The notes under the pieces are model-generated. The model did no database searches, was not told where the DNA came from, and saw only the letters and a list, made by a program, of their open reading frames with translations. A stretch of DNA of 63,994 nt, the filler included, from Octopus bimaculoides (lineage: Eukaryota), in the NCBI RefSeq assembly GCF_001194135.2. It is 4 parts of 4 records of this genome, joined end to end, with 100 filler letters (N's around TTAATTAATTAA, not from the genome) between each part and the next. Parts side by side here need not be neighbours in the genome. Positions count along the whole stretch, not along the records: positions 40,989 to 62,523 come from NC_068995.1; 3 more parts are not named here. The stretch is one strand, 5' to 3'. Of this stretch, positions 48,676-60,950 are shown in pieces (position 1 is the stretch's first letter; every line of letters starts with the position of its first letter). The translations under genes and the position numbers were made by a program.

Positions 48676-48890
48676 ATGGTGGAGAACTGGCAGATTCGTT
48701 AGTACGCCGGACGAAATGTTCAGCGGCATTTCATCCGTCTTTATCTTTTGACTTCAAATTTCACCGAGGCCGATTTTGTCTTTCATCCTTTCGGAGTTGA
48801 TAAAATAAGTACCAGTTGATCACAGGGGTCGATGTAACCGTCTTTAGCCCTTCTCCAAAACTGCTGGCCTTGTACTAAAATTTCAAACTA
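48676..48890 (+). mobile_element. SINE family A
   Basis: Standard motifs, diverged. Confidence 0.85.
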
Positions 48891-49304
48891 ATATCAAAGC
48901 TGGGTGTTCTGAAATATAAAAGAGATGACGATACGAGAAGGATTCAGAGCGGATCCCTAGACACAAATGAAACATTGGGAGTGGTTGAAGAGCACATCAA
49001 AGGTTTGAGATATTCCCAAAGAATATCGGACCTTTTTGTATCCCACACAACCCAGATAATGTCCCTAAGAGACTTTCGCTGCTCCTAATTCCAATATGAT
49101 AAGTGACACCAGTGGCACGTGAGCAAAGCCATGTGGTTCTCTGACTCCATTCTACATGGTCTTCTCACTTGTGTACAAGAGTGGAAGTCTAATTTCTTGC
49201 ATTTTATATTTATTTATTTATTTACTTGTATTTCTGTAAATTCGTCGTCTTTCTACACGCACACACACGCATACATACATACATACATACATACATACAT
49301 ACAT

Positions 49305-49357
<53 letters not shown>

Positions 49358-50147
49358 NNNNNNNNNNNNNNNNNNNNNNNNNNNNNNNNNNNNNNNNNNN
49401 NNNNNNNNNNNNNNNNNNNNNNNNNNNNNNNNNNNNNNNNNNNNNNNNNNNNNNNNNNNNNNNNNNNNNNNNNNNNNNNNNNNNNNNNNNNNNNNNNNNN
49501 NNNNNNNNNNNNNNNNNNNNNNNNNNNNNNNNNNNNNNNNNNNNNNNNNNNNNNNNNNNNNNNNNNNNNNNNNNNNNNNNNNNNNNNNNNNNNNNNNNNN
49601 NNNNNNNNNNNNNNNNNNNNNNNNNNNNNNNNNNNNNNNNNNNNNNNNNNNNNNNNNNNNNNNNNNNNNNNNNNNNNNNNNNNNNNNNNNNNNNNNNNNN
49701 NNNNNNNNNNNNNNNNNNNNNNNNNNNNNNNNNNNNNNNNNNNNNNNNNNNNNNNNNNNNNNNNNNNNNNNNNNNNNNNNNNNNNNNNNNNNNNNNNNNN
49801 NNNNNNNNNNNNNNNNNNNNNNNNNNNNNNNNNNNNNNNNNNNNNNNNNNNNNNNNNNNNNNNNNNNNNNNNNNNNNNNNNNNNNNNNNNNNNNNNNNNN
49901 NNNNNNNNNNNNNNNNNNNNNNNNNNNNNNNNNNNNNNNNNNNNNNNNNNNNNNNNNNNNNNNNNNNNNNNNNNNNNNNNNNNNNNNNNNNNNNNNNNNN
50001 NNNNNNNNNNNNNNNNNNNNNNNNNNNNNNNNNNNNNNNNNNNNNNNNNNNNNNNNNNNNNNNNNNNNNNNNNNNNNNNNNNNNNNNNNNNNNNNNNNNN
50101 NNNNNNNNNNNNNNNNNNNNNNNNNNNNNNNNNNNNNNNNNNNNNNN

Positions 50148-50188
50148 GGTGGATTTGGTAAACGGAAACTGAAAAGAAGCCCGTCGTA

Positions 50189-50231
<43 letters not shown>

Positions 50232-50450
50232 ATATGTTTGTGTGTCTGTGTGTGTCCTCCCCAAAATCACTTGACAACCGATGCTGGTGTGTTTACGTCC
50301 CTGTAACTTAGCGGTTCGGCAAAAGAGACCGATTGAATAAGTACTAGGCTTACAATGAATAAGTCCTGGGGGTCGATTTGCTCGACTAAAGGCGGTGCTC
50401 CAGCATGGCCGCAGTCAAATGACTGAAACAAGTAAAAGAGTAAAAGAGAA
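50148..50450 (+). mobile_element. SINE family B (5' end lost in gap)
   Basis: ggatttggtaaacggaaactg...gactgaaacaagtaaaagagtaaaagag. Confidence 0.93.
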
Positions 50451-50554
50451 AGTAAAGCGAGTAGCTTTAATTCCTGCAATTTCAGCGCGAATAAATCCTC
50501 GCTGGTGTAGTTTTCGATGACTGAAATGATAAAGGGGTCTCTTTTATCTTTTAT

Positions 50555-50745
50555 CGTTTTACTAGCTTCAGTCACTACACTGCAGCCATGCTGGTGCACC
50601 GCTTCGAAGAATTTTCGGTCGAATGAATCGACTCCAGTACTTATTTTATCGATCTATTTTACCGAACCGCTAAGTTACGGGGAGGTAAGCGTACCAACAC
50701 TATCTGTCAAGTGGTGGTACCAAACACAGACACAAACACACATAT
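50555..50745 (-). mobile_element. SINE family B 3' half, inverted relative to the previous copy
   Basis: cttcagtcactacactgcagccatgctgg...gaaccgctaagttacgggg. Confidence 0.85.
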
Positions 50746-50817
50746 ACATACTATATATATATATATATATATNNNNNNNNNNNNNNNNNNNNNNNNNNNN
50801 NNNNNNNNNNNNNNNNN

Positions 50818-50860
<43 letters not shown>

Positions 50861-51229
50861 AATCCTACATAAGTCAGGAGGGTCATGGTTGGAAAATCTT
50901 TCAGCAAATGTCTCTACTAAATGACTGGAGTTTAGACTGGTGAACAGGGAAGCTATCGTATTAATAGTCCAGGGGAGGTAACTGCTATAAACTTTTTTTT
51001 CTTTCTTTATTTCCATTATAGACATCATTAAAAATAATTTTAAAAAGAAAGAAAAAAAAAATCATTCAGAAATCCTCTGAGCACACAACCACAGTTGTGT
51101 GCCAGTTATAAATGTTTAGTGTAACGAGTTCAAATCCTGCTAGGTCAACTTGGCTTTTGATAAAATAAGACACCAGCCGATATACAAGAGTTTGGTTATA
51201 TTCCTGTAATATTCTTTGTATTGTAAGCA

Positions 51230-51430
51230 CAAGGCCAGGAATTTGGTGAAGAGTAGGGGCTACTCCATTGCATCGACCTCAGAGCTCAACTGGTAGTTAT
51301 TTCAATCGACTCCCGAGAGGATGAAAGGCAAAGTCGACCTCAGCGGAATTTGAACTCAGGAAGTAAAAACGGAAGAAATGCCACTAAACATTTTGTCCGG
51401 CATCCAAACGATTCTGCCAGCTTCACCTCC
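51230..51430 (-). mobile_element. SINE family A (further decayed copies at 53030-53160 and 58340-58480)
   Basis: Standard motifs. Confidence 0.85.
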
Positions 51431-52231
51431 TTTAATATTCTTGTAATGTTAAACCCATCCGAACCTGCGGCGTTCTGAAACCAGCATGAAAATGGAATTA
51501 TAACAGATAACCAAGACGACTTTGCTTTGTATTTTTTCTGAAATCGATAAAGTAGGTACTAGTGAAATACTGAGGTAGCTAACTATACAGTCTTGTAAAA
51601 TAATGATTTAGTCATTATATAAAACTATTTCGAAAGTGGCAGATGATAGAATAGACAAAATACCGTGTGGTGATCAATAAGTAATACTAATTGTATCCCA
51701 CTTCTGTAACCTAACAAAATTCGGTCAACCTGCAAAAACTTCCCTAAATCACATTTTCCTATCTCAAAGGAAAGAAAACGTTTTAAAGTTTTAGTCTTTG
51801 ATATACTATGCCTTTAAAGATATGAGAAGTTTACAGCTTGAATGGTCTTGATTCTACGTCTGCTGGGTGACCTGGGGTTAAAGAAAAGCATATTCACAGG
51901 AGGATTTGAACTCAGGACTGGAGGTTATCAATGAGTCATCGTCACTTCGTTACCCACTGTACTATGAGGTCCACTATTTGCCTCGTTATTTTCATTCAAA
52001 TTTGTCAGAATTTTGTTTGAAGGGACAGCGATATAGGAATAAGTCGTTAGACAGGAAGAGCACAGTCAATTTGGTAAACCTCACCCCAACTTCCAACTGA
52101 ATTTTCAACTTCTACGTGCTCGTTCAAACCTGCTAGAGAAAGGAACCAAATCTTCCACAAATCACACTCTACTGTCTTGGAAAAATAAACATTAGATTGT
52201 ACCTGCTATACGTGAAGATCATGACTCGGAT

Positions 52232-52564
52232 GGGATCTTTCTGAATTGACGGGCACCACTTTTCTTTTATGCTTTATGTAGTGTTTTTGGTACCGAAACA
52301 CTTTCAAACTTCGTATACTTGTATATTTTGTGTTATAGAACAGATAAAAATCTTTGTATTCGAAGTTATTTCATGTAAAAAAAAATTGTCGTATTTTCGG
52401 TAATTTCAACCAATCACTGACGTCTATTGAGGTGAAAACAATTACTGCCGTGGAGTGTAAACAACATGTTCTAACGGTGTCATGGGATCTTTTCTACCAG
52501 TATCCCAAGTTTGAAAGTGTTTCGTTAGGAAAACAAGTGGTGCCCGTCAATTCAGAAAGATCCC
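52232..52564. mobile_element. 333-bp MITE with perfect 30-bp TIRs and an inner 18-bp inverted pair
   Basis: GGGATCTTTCTGAATTGACGGGCACCACTT (52232-52261) and its reverse complement (52535-52564); inner cgaaacactttcaaactt pair; no clear TSD. Confidence 0.85.
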
Positions 52565-54516
52565 TGGGGGATGTCTTTGACCAGAATATGGTAGGATCAA
52601 GACTGGCCTAAGGTTAAACAAAATAACGATACATAATTTTATTGGCCCCCGGAAAAGTGACGGCGATGTTGACTCAGGTTGGATTTGAAATCAGAACCCA
52701 GAGGAAAATACATTACTTTCACAAACTAATCAGTCCGGCGTTCAACCGGCTTAGCCATTTATTTCCTTCACATTTACAATAAAGCTTTGATGGAGGATAA
52801 AAACTGATTAAATTATCCACAGTATATCACTGGTACAAACGTTGTCAACTTACGAAAGACAAAAAAAAAAAAAATTAGTCGGCGTCACCACAGAATATAA
52901 AGGGACATAACTGAACACTGCACGGGACATAACTCCACATTGCTAGCCATTTAATCAACTCTCCCACCCTGTAACCGCGATCTACCTGTGATTCGGGGAC
53001 ACAATAATAATTTCTAACTTCATTGTCATAAAGGCCAGAAATTTAGGGTTGATGGGAAAATGTATAAAATAGACCGTAATACTGAACTCGGTTATTTCAT
53101 CGACTACTGAAAGGATAAAAAGTAAAGTCAACTTTGATAGGGTTTGAACTCAGAACGGAAGACTGCACTGCAGAATAGTCTGAACAGCGATCATGTTTGT
53201 TGAGATTAAAGATATTTGTCTTCTCATATTATCCATGGGACTGTCAATCTTGTGGTTTCCCACGCCGTCGATCACATCTAAGACGGGTTTATCACGGTTT
53301 TGACCTCACCTTAATTACAACAATAATTCGAAATAAAAATCGTTCCTTTGTCTCTAAATAATTAACCTAATTATGGTTGTAATGTATTATTGAAGAATCA
53401 GCGATTGTGACAGTGGTATCTGTTCCAAGCTAGGGTTGCTACGCAAATTTCATAAGTAACACAAAATTCACTTTAAAAAACTTCTTTGTTTTCGGGGTGG
53501 GGTTTTGCGTTGGATATTAAAACTATTTTTGTCTTGTCGATGGAGAGTGATTACGCCAATATTAACATTTACAAACGAAATACAAAAACGAAGTATTAAA
53601 ACTATGAATATATGCTTTTTATTTTTTGGAGTCAATTTTAAGTTTTTTACCTTTGTAGAATTAAAGCCCGTCTCTAACAAAGTGGCTAGGATCTTTTTAT
53701 TTAACTCAAAACAGTTATAGGTGTTTATGGTTACCAAAAAAGGTCGATGTGTGAGTGTATGTGTGCATGTTATGTGTATGCGTGTGTGTGTGTGTGTGTG
53801 TATGTGTGTGTGTGTGTGTGTGTGTGTCCCATATGTAAATATGACTATCTGAATATGTTAACCGAGAAATCTCAAATGGCGAACTTCTGAAATGTTTTAC
53901 AAATTTTCACAGTTACCGCGATCGATTGTATTTCGAAAATGCAAATCAGTTTATTTTGTTCTTTCATGAAAAAAAAAACCCCAAGTATTTTTAGGCTCCT
54001 TGTAGATTTATAGTTATGTAACCCCATGTACCTATGACAATAGAAAGAAATAAAAATCTACTCCTGGGTATAAGAGGTGTGGTTTTCTCATCAGTTTTTC
54101 CATAAATGTTCTTCTTTTCCTTAATTTCACATCTACTAGACAGCTGATCTCTTACAACAGTACATCACTTTTGCTCCCAGTCCTATAACAACTACATAGA
54201 GCCAGTTCTGCTTACACCGGATGACTTCTTTTATTGGAATATTCCACTTGTATTCTTTATATTTAAACGTGTGGATCCTGTTTCTAGTGTGCCTTTGGTA
54301 TGGCCGCCAGAACAGTCCTTCTAGCGTATAGCATTGTAAACTGTCTTGGCGACGGTCGTGTTTCATGGAGAAACAGTATCTTTGTGAACATTGCGGGGCA
54401 ACTGTTGATGATACGAGTGATAACTTGCATACTGCTATGGCATAATCAACACTTTCTATAACAGCGTGATGCATGCATGTATGTATGTATAGGCTGAGGT
54501 ATAGGTATGTAGAGAT

Positions 54517-54742
54517 AGGCGGCGAGCTGGCAGAAACATTAGCACGCCGGGCGAAATGCTTCGTGGTATTTCGTCTGCCGCTACGTTTTGAGTTCAAATT
54601 CCGCCGCGGTCGACTTTGCCTTTCATCCTTTTGCGGTCGATAAATTAAGTACCAGTTACGCATTGGGGTCGATGTAATCCGTTTGTCTGTCCTTGTTTGT
54701 CCCCTCTATGTTTAGCCCCTTGTGGGCAATAAAGAAATAAGA
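54517..54742 (+). mobile_element. SINE family A2, young copy
   Basis: aggcggcgagctggcagaaac...tttagccccttgtgggcaataaagaaataag. Confidence 0.95.
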
Positions 54743-54899
54743 ACTCTGAAGAGTTATTGACCATCCAACAGCTAGGAGTAAGAGACCCGCGTAGTCTTTG
54801 TTTAGACATTTCTCCAGGAGAGGGAAGACTCTGGTGCAACACCTGTGATTTTGCATCCAATAATATAGACTTTTTTTTTTCCGTGGGGCCAAATACATA

Positions 54900-55570
54900 C
54901 TTAGATTAGAGAATGTACTGCCTCAGTAGGCCGCGTCACTTCCCAGTTGTTACACCTAGAGTACAGACGTGAAATTTGCGCTCGTCGGATTTTCGTTTTC
55001 ACCGAACGCATCAAGAAGACTGCATTACGTTTTGCCAAAAATTGGTGATGCTCAAGCTCAAACCATCCAGAACATTCAGCAGGAATTTGGCGATGATGCC
55101 ATGGTCAAAACTCAGATCAAGAGATGGTACAACCGCTTCAAACATGCCCGCACTTCAATGGGGAGTGAGACACGCTCAGGCAGGCCATTCACAAGCTGAA
55201 ACGAGGAGCCGACTGAGAAGGTTCGGTGAATAGTAATGGAAGAACTTTGTGTAACAATCCAGGATATTGCTCACGAAGTGGGAATAAGTACAGGATCAGT
55301 GCATTCCATTTTAACGGAAGATTTGTGTATACGGAGAGTGCCAGCAAAATTCGTCCCCAAGATGCTGGCGGAGCAGCAAAAGCAACTATGCAAGGAAATC
55401 GTTCAGGACATGCTGGACTGTGCAAACCACGATCCAGACTTCATTAAGACCATCATTACTGGTGATGAGACATGGGTTTAGGGTCTCCGCTCGATGCGAT
55501 CGGTTATCTGTGAAAATACAAATCCAACTAATGCGCACTACACCTCTGTACTACAGAAACTGATGCGGCC
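54900..55570 (+). mobile_element. mariner transposase pseudogene, internally deleted
   Basis: HTH region (..WYNRFK..RSGRP), RRVPAKFVPKML, IITGDETWV, then a jump to NAHYTSVLQKL. Confidence 0.92.
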
Positions 55571-55589
55571 TACTGGCGCGAACATTTTC

Positions 55590-56135
55590 ACACATGCAAT
55601 TTTCCTATGCCTAGTGGCTGTAGCGAAAGAGGTGATATGGTGGACCCGTTTGAAAGGGCTAAAGACAGACACTTTCCTCTTTGGCCAAGGCCTCATCAAC
55701 TTTTTCAAGTTCCACTTGAAAAGGAAGATGAGAGTAGAGAGGGAAGTGCTGTCTCATAGCAAATTCGTTGAAAGATGGGTGACTGTTGGAAGAATGGCCA
55801 GTATAAACGGACCAATTCTGAGAATACACCTGTAGAAAAAAAAAAGGTAATGTAAAAGGAGAAAGGGCTCTATACCCCTTTCTTATTTTTCTGACCAGGC
55901 TCCCGTGGTTTTATGGGTTTTTCCACGTGTAACCTTTCCTTTTTCGAAGCGCCTCCCCCTTTGGGAGTTCTACTTATTTATTTATCTATTTATTTATTAT
56001 ATCTTTCTCCGTTTTCTTCCTCTGTTTAGACGAACTTTCCTACCTTTTCGGACAAAACCTTTTGTAACCTTCGTTCTGTCTTTGTCCTTATATGTTTTTA
56101 ATTGATATTAGCCCTTGTGGCCAATAAAACGAATT
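55590..56135 (+). mobile_element. Tx1/L1-clade LINE 3' end (ORF2 C-terminus plus 3'UTR)
   Basis: FLCLVAVAKEVIWWTRLKG...RKMRVEREVLSHSKFVERW...RIHL* fits the Tx1 C-terminal AK..IW..R / F..RW pattern; the UTR ends agcccttgtggccaataaaac. Confidence 0.7.
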
Positions 56136-56153
56136 AATTATTATTATTATCAT

Positions 56154-56706
56154 GTGAGAGAGCCGTGTATGCCGTCAAAGTGACACTGAGGTGAAATATA
56201 CGAAGCCCAGTATACCCATTATGACTACCCGTCTGATACGGATACACCAGGTACATGCATCACAACCATATGTGCACAACATAGTGATCTCATATCAAGA
56301 TAAACAGGGCATGACTTTGCAGGTGGGGTCCAGTTAGAATTTTCTTCAGGTCGAGTAGCCCACTCCACTCAAAGGGTTCCTGAAGGATTGTCTAAGGAAG
56401 TTGAATGAAACACCCATGTTTCCGGAGGTGAATTCTCCAAACCCCAAAGAATTCCTTTCAACACATAGCTATGATGCTCTCTCACTACTTCTGCTCGTGA
56501 TCAGAGATGCACATATCATCAGCCACCAAGAGATATGCTCAACTGATTAAGGTCAAATAACTGACAAGCAAATCTGTGGTATTGAGCAGAATATCTGCTG
56601 TAGCCCATCTTTTATACCAAGACAAAACAATACACAAGAAAACACTTCCAATCAGTTAAGATCTGAAGCCATCAATGCCACCGTCTGATACTGCATCAGG
56701 GCATTT
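56154..56706 (-). mobile_element. Family E repeat, second copy
   Basis: Reverse complement of 28756-29286; flanked by (ATT)n and (ACT)n/(ATT)n. Confidence 0.85.
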
Positions 56707-57262
56707 ACTACTACTACTACTATAATTATTATTATAGTTTTATAATAGACGAATTATCAACTGGCTTCTTACAAGGGATGCTGAACCAACTCCAGCAATG
56801 ATGTGAAATGGTTCTCTTGCTTCATCGCTGCCGACACTGGTAATGTGTTCTTCGTGGTTATTAAGGAATTACTAATATATACATATTAAATATATTTTGG
56901 TTATTCCATAAAGAATATTCTAACTCCATCTCGCGAGTTCTACTCTTTCTGACTTTTAACAATATTGAAAAATGAAAAAAATTCAACAACTATATTAAAT
57001 TCGATTACATTTTATTTTTTCAAAGAGATTGAACATAGAAAATATATTTTAAACTAAGTGGTTGAGGTAGAATCTTAAGGCCAACCTCGTACGCCAATAC
57101 AAAAACTTTGTAATAATTTGACAATATTATTATCACCACCATCAATAAAGATTTGTAAATCAATGCTACCACGTGTTGGGTTTTAGTTACTTTTGTTCTT
57201 TGAGTATTTTAAAACATCACATGTGTATAGAATATCCAGTCTGTTCGTCTTGAAGAGTTCTT

Positions 57263-58123
57263 CTAGAAACCCTTGCTGGGACTGTCACTCGAGTCTAACA
57301 CATCACTGTCAAAAGCACCAAAACTTTCCACAGATAACTTCACTTTGTCCAACAAACTTGTATCGCTACCCTCGCTACTATCACTGCTCTCGCAGTACTT
57401 CCCAAACGCCAAATCAGTTGAACGCTGTATCGATTTCTTCTGCTGTTGTATCTGACTGGAGGTATCTTCAGAAGAATCTGTCATTTTGCTTTTTGCAGGA
57501 GGAGAATGGTTCTTCTTTGTTAATTCCTCGTTCTTGAAATCATTACTAAAAGACGTTATCTTTTTCACTTTGGGGGAGCAATATTTTGTCAGTTTTTTCT
57601 TGTGCACTGCAGAACATTTCTTACCCTTTTTGCAACATGGGCTGGACCAAGTATATTTGGAATGTTTGGTCTTTGGTAAATGTAACAGATTATCACCATC
57701 TTGAAACGCGTATTGAAACACTGAATTTTTTTGCGGAGCGAAACTACCGGCTTTTATGTTGGAACCGTTCAGATGTCCAAATATTATTTTGTCACCATTC
57801 TTTAAAACACAGCCTTCCTTGCTAATTCTGAAGTCGTTAACGAAAGTACCGTTTAAACTGCAGTCGAATATTCGATAAGTAATTTTTCCCTCAGCCGAAT
57901 AGCAAGGTTCGATCTTACAGTGCCAACGTGAAATAAAGTTTTTCAAGGTCGAAGAATCAATTAGGAAATCATTATTGGGATGGCGTCCAAACGTTGTCTT
58001 ACCTTTGTTTAATTTCATAAAAGGAAGACAAGAGGAAGTCTCACTATTGTTTGAAATATGACGAAGTATAGAATTCGATCCAGCTTCCACCACTGGAGAA
58101 CAGAAAGCCTTGTTGTCCACCAT
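57263..58123 (-). CDS. FHA-domain protein, transcription factor 19 (TCF19)-like; 286 aa, apparently a single coding exon
   Basis: FHA motifs TTFGRHPNNDF, ISRWHCKI, DCSLNGTFVNDFRI, LKNGDKIIFGH, then a basic and Ser/Asp-rich tail. The frame is uninterrupted, with a candidate AATAAA at ~57011-57016 (-). The TCF19 assignment is by recognition only. Confidence 0.88.
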   Translation of the reverse strand: MVDNKAFCSPVVEAGSNSILRHISNNSETSSCLPFMKLNKGKTTFGRHPNNDFLIDSSTLKNFISRWHCKIEPCYSAEGKITYRIFDCSLNGTFVNDFRISKEGCVLKNGDKIIFGHLNGSNIKAGSFAPQKNSVFQYAFQDGDNLLHLPKTKHSKYTWSSPCCKKGKKCSAVHKKKLTKYCSPKVKKITSFSNDFKNEELTKKNHSPPAKSKMTDSSEDTSSQIQQQKKSIQRSTDLAFGKYCESSDSSEGSDTSLLDKVKLSVESFGAFDSDVLDSSDSPSKGF

Positions 58124-59904
58124 AAGGCTTTAATGTAAGTTGGTTATGTCGTTATTGTTCGTGTAACAAGGGTTTAATATTATTTATGGGTTGCAAACGA
58201 GAGAGTCAAACGCATAAATTCCGTAAAAGATGACAATGTGGTGTTATTTCGATGCCTGACAAGAAATCGTTTCACGTCAAACATGCCGTTAATAACATTG
58301 GATAACTTTAGGTCAAAGTGACACAATTAATTGATAAAGCGCCAGACAATTGCTTGAGATATCAAGTCATACCCCTTTAAGTTCCGAGTTCAAATTCTGT
58401 CGAGGCTGATTTTTCTCCTTTCACTCTCTAGGATCGATAAAATAATAAACCGATATAGTACAAAGGTCGATTAAGATCGATTATTATAACTTCTTCCGAC
58501 AATTTTAAAGTTAACAATAAACGTTTTCACACAAAGCATAAAACTTTTTGCCAAAGCAGAAAGAGGGTGGTTTCGATTCTCACTTCACCTGTTATTTTAC
58601 TAATCCCATTCTCCCAATATCACTGGGAGAAGAAAAACACGAACGTCACAAAACCTATTTTTCCCCTTTTAAATTCTAGTTTTCTACGAAGACAAAATAC
58701 AAAGGTACTATGGGCTGCAGAGATGCACCCGTCAAGAAAGCATGGAACTTCTTACCGATAGTTAGTTCGTTTCTAAAATTTATATATTTTTTCTCTTTTC
58801 CTGAAATTCGAGTATTCAAGGGATCATGGTTCGCGGCTGGTTTCTGTTATGTGGATGAGAGAAATATTAAAAAAAAAAAATTGGACTATTGCAGAGAGCA
58901 GCAGCTGATGATGATAATAAAATAATTACAAACTGTTCAGTTGGTTTGCCACTATTCTGTTGACCCTCGGCTAGCCTTGATTTTAATTTTTAAAACGGCG
59001 ATAGAATGTAAACATATGAGGGGCTAATATATCTAAAACAAAAATTAAGGACCCTGTCGTTGAAAGATGTACAACTTAAAATGGTTTGGGCGTTCCTGTA
59101 GATAAGCGTCTTTAATTCATAATTTTCTTTGAAAAATTTGGAATTTCCAAAGAATAAAATTGTTTTAAGTATTACCGTATGAAAATATAATTCTTACATA
59201 CGAATGTACATATTATACAAAATATTGTTTGTGAACTTAATTTTCTTTTTTTTGAAGTTGACAAGCATTATTTCCGTAATTATTCGGTAATTTCCGTAAC
59301 TTGAAAAATTATCATACCTGGATGATTTTGTGCATCGACTTTTATCGAACATTCGTCTTACATAGACTAATGACGATCAAAGTAATCATTACAATTCACA
59401 AACTATATTTTGTATGTATTATTCAATGTATTAAATGTTTTCCACGTGCTTCCGCTTTGTTTTGTTTCATTCATAAAAATACGAGTTTCATAAACTGAGC
59501 TTAAAGATGAGGAAGACTTTGCAGGACTCAAAGCTTATAGAAATGAAATATATTTGTTACAAGATGCATACTTAACTATACGATCACACAAAATATGGAA
59601 TCAAAAATTAGTAAAAGACGGAGTAATGGAAATAGCAGAGGAGTCAATCGGACTAACTTAACTATTAAACAATATATAATTAAATTCATCGATGTTGATT
59701 TTATTTTTCACCAACCCCGGAGAAGATTAAAATAAGAATACTAATATTATACCCAACTTACCCACAGCCTTATGCCAGTGTAAAATATAAGGATTTCTAA
59801 TTTATTGAGGAGGCTGTATAGAATCCGATTAAATAGATCCAAGTGTTTTGACTGAGGCACACGTGTTAAGGGGAAGTTACTCTAACGCGACATTTTTCAC
59901 CAAC

Positions 59905-59947
59905 ATGGCGATGTGTAACCTGGCTGGGAAGGTGGCCCTTATTACAG
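59905..59947 (+). CDS. First coding exon of a short-chain dehydrogenase/reductase (classical SDR, FabG-like); downstream exons not found in the window
   Basis: CAAC ATG GCG ATG TGT AAC CTG GCT GGG AAG GTG GCC CTT ATT ACA G|gtttat = MAMCNLAGKVALITG, the Rossmann beta-A strand up to the first G of TGxxxGIG, ending at a GT donor. Confidence 0.72.
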
Positions 59948-60599
59948 GTTTATATCTTACTCTTTATTCATTTAGTTAATTTATTTTTAGTGTTGTTACG
60001 TTACAAACTGGACTTTCTTTTAAAGTAACTGAATCTCGTGTATTGTTTATCATTTCTTTCACTGAGAGCAAGCAACCTCATCAACAACAAGTACGTTACT
60101 TCTTAGTTTTTATTTTGGCAATTTGGAAAACATGAATGTCACAACATCACCCCAGCTCATTTCCTTCCTCTTCTATTTCATGTTGTAAGCTTGTGGTCAA
60201 TGTTAGAAATTAATCTTTCGTAAAATGTATTTCTTTCCTTGTGGCAATAATATTAAAATAATTTCAACTTTAATCGGTGAATTGGCAGAAAACTTAACCG
60301 TTCCATGTTCTAATTCCACAGAGGTCATTCTTCAAGAATGCAGGGCAAGGGGACAGACGATAAATACCAAACTGGCAAAACAATCTCTTAAGACAAAAAA
60401 TTACTTTATTTAGCCTTAGGTCAACAATGATCCGACGTTCCAGCTATGACCATCCCGTTATTTTGTTTACCACATCGAAAAAAATCATCGTCGTTTTCTT
60501 TATTTTACTGCTTTTCCCTTTATTAAAAAATATTCAGTAATGAAAATCATTTGCACCGAAATTTCGGCTATCCCTACAGCATAAACACAGTATGGTTAA

Positions 60600-60950
60600 G
60601 ACTACATTATCGCCTAATTAACGGAAGAATACATTAGATATGCAAAAAGACAAGGTGGTCCTGGCTAGAACACCTTTTGATCATAGGTCTGCTCAGTCAG
60701 TTCTGACATGAGGCTAAACAGCAACAAATTAACCCTTGCATATGTCGAGCTAATGAGACAACCTCTACGTGGTCGTTCAACCAGCTAGAAATAACAGCAA
60801 AATCTTCCTCAAATCTCGCCTTACTGTCGCTTTTAAGTGGGATACTTTCGATAATGTAGTTTCCAAAATACATAACATAAGGTGGTTATAAATGGCGTGC
60901 CTTTAAGGATAGGTCTGCTCAAACAAGACTGATTTTTTGGGCTTCCCAGC
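60600..60950 (+). mobile_element. Two tandem family-D repeat pieces
   Basis: ggtggtcctggctagaacaccttttgatcataggtctgctc...gctaaacagcaac, repeated with divergence at 60735-60950. Confidence 0.65.

Noticed and set aside
55494-55835. 113-aa ORF as a novel gene
   Set aside because: Chance in-frame junction of a mariner remnant and a LINE ORF2 C-terminus.
60055-60100. GAGCAAGC (G-A-S) as SDR exon 2
   Set aside because: No in-phase AG acceptor, and the frame continues NLINNK rather than SGIG.
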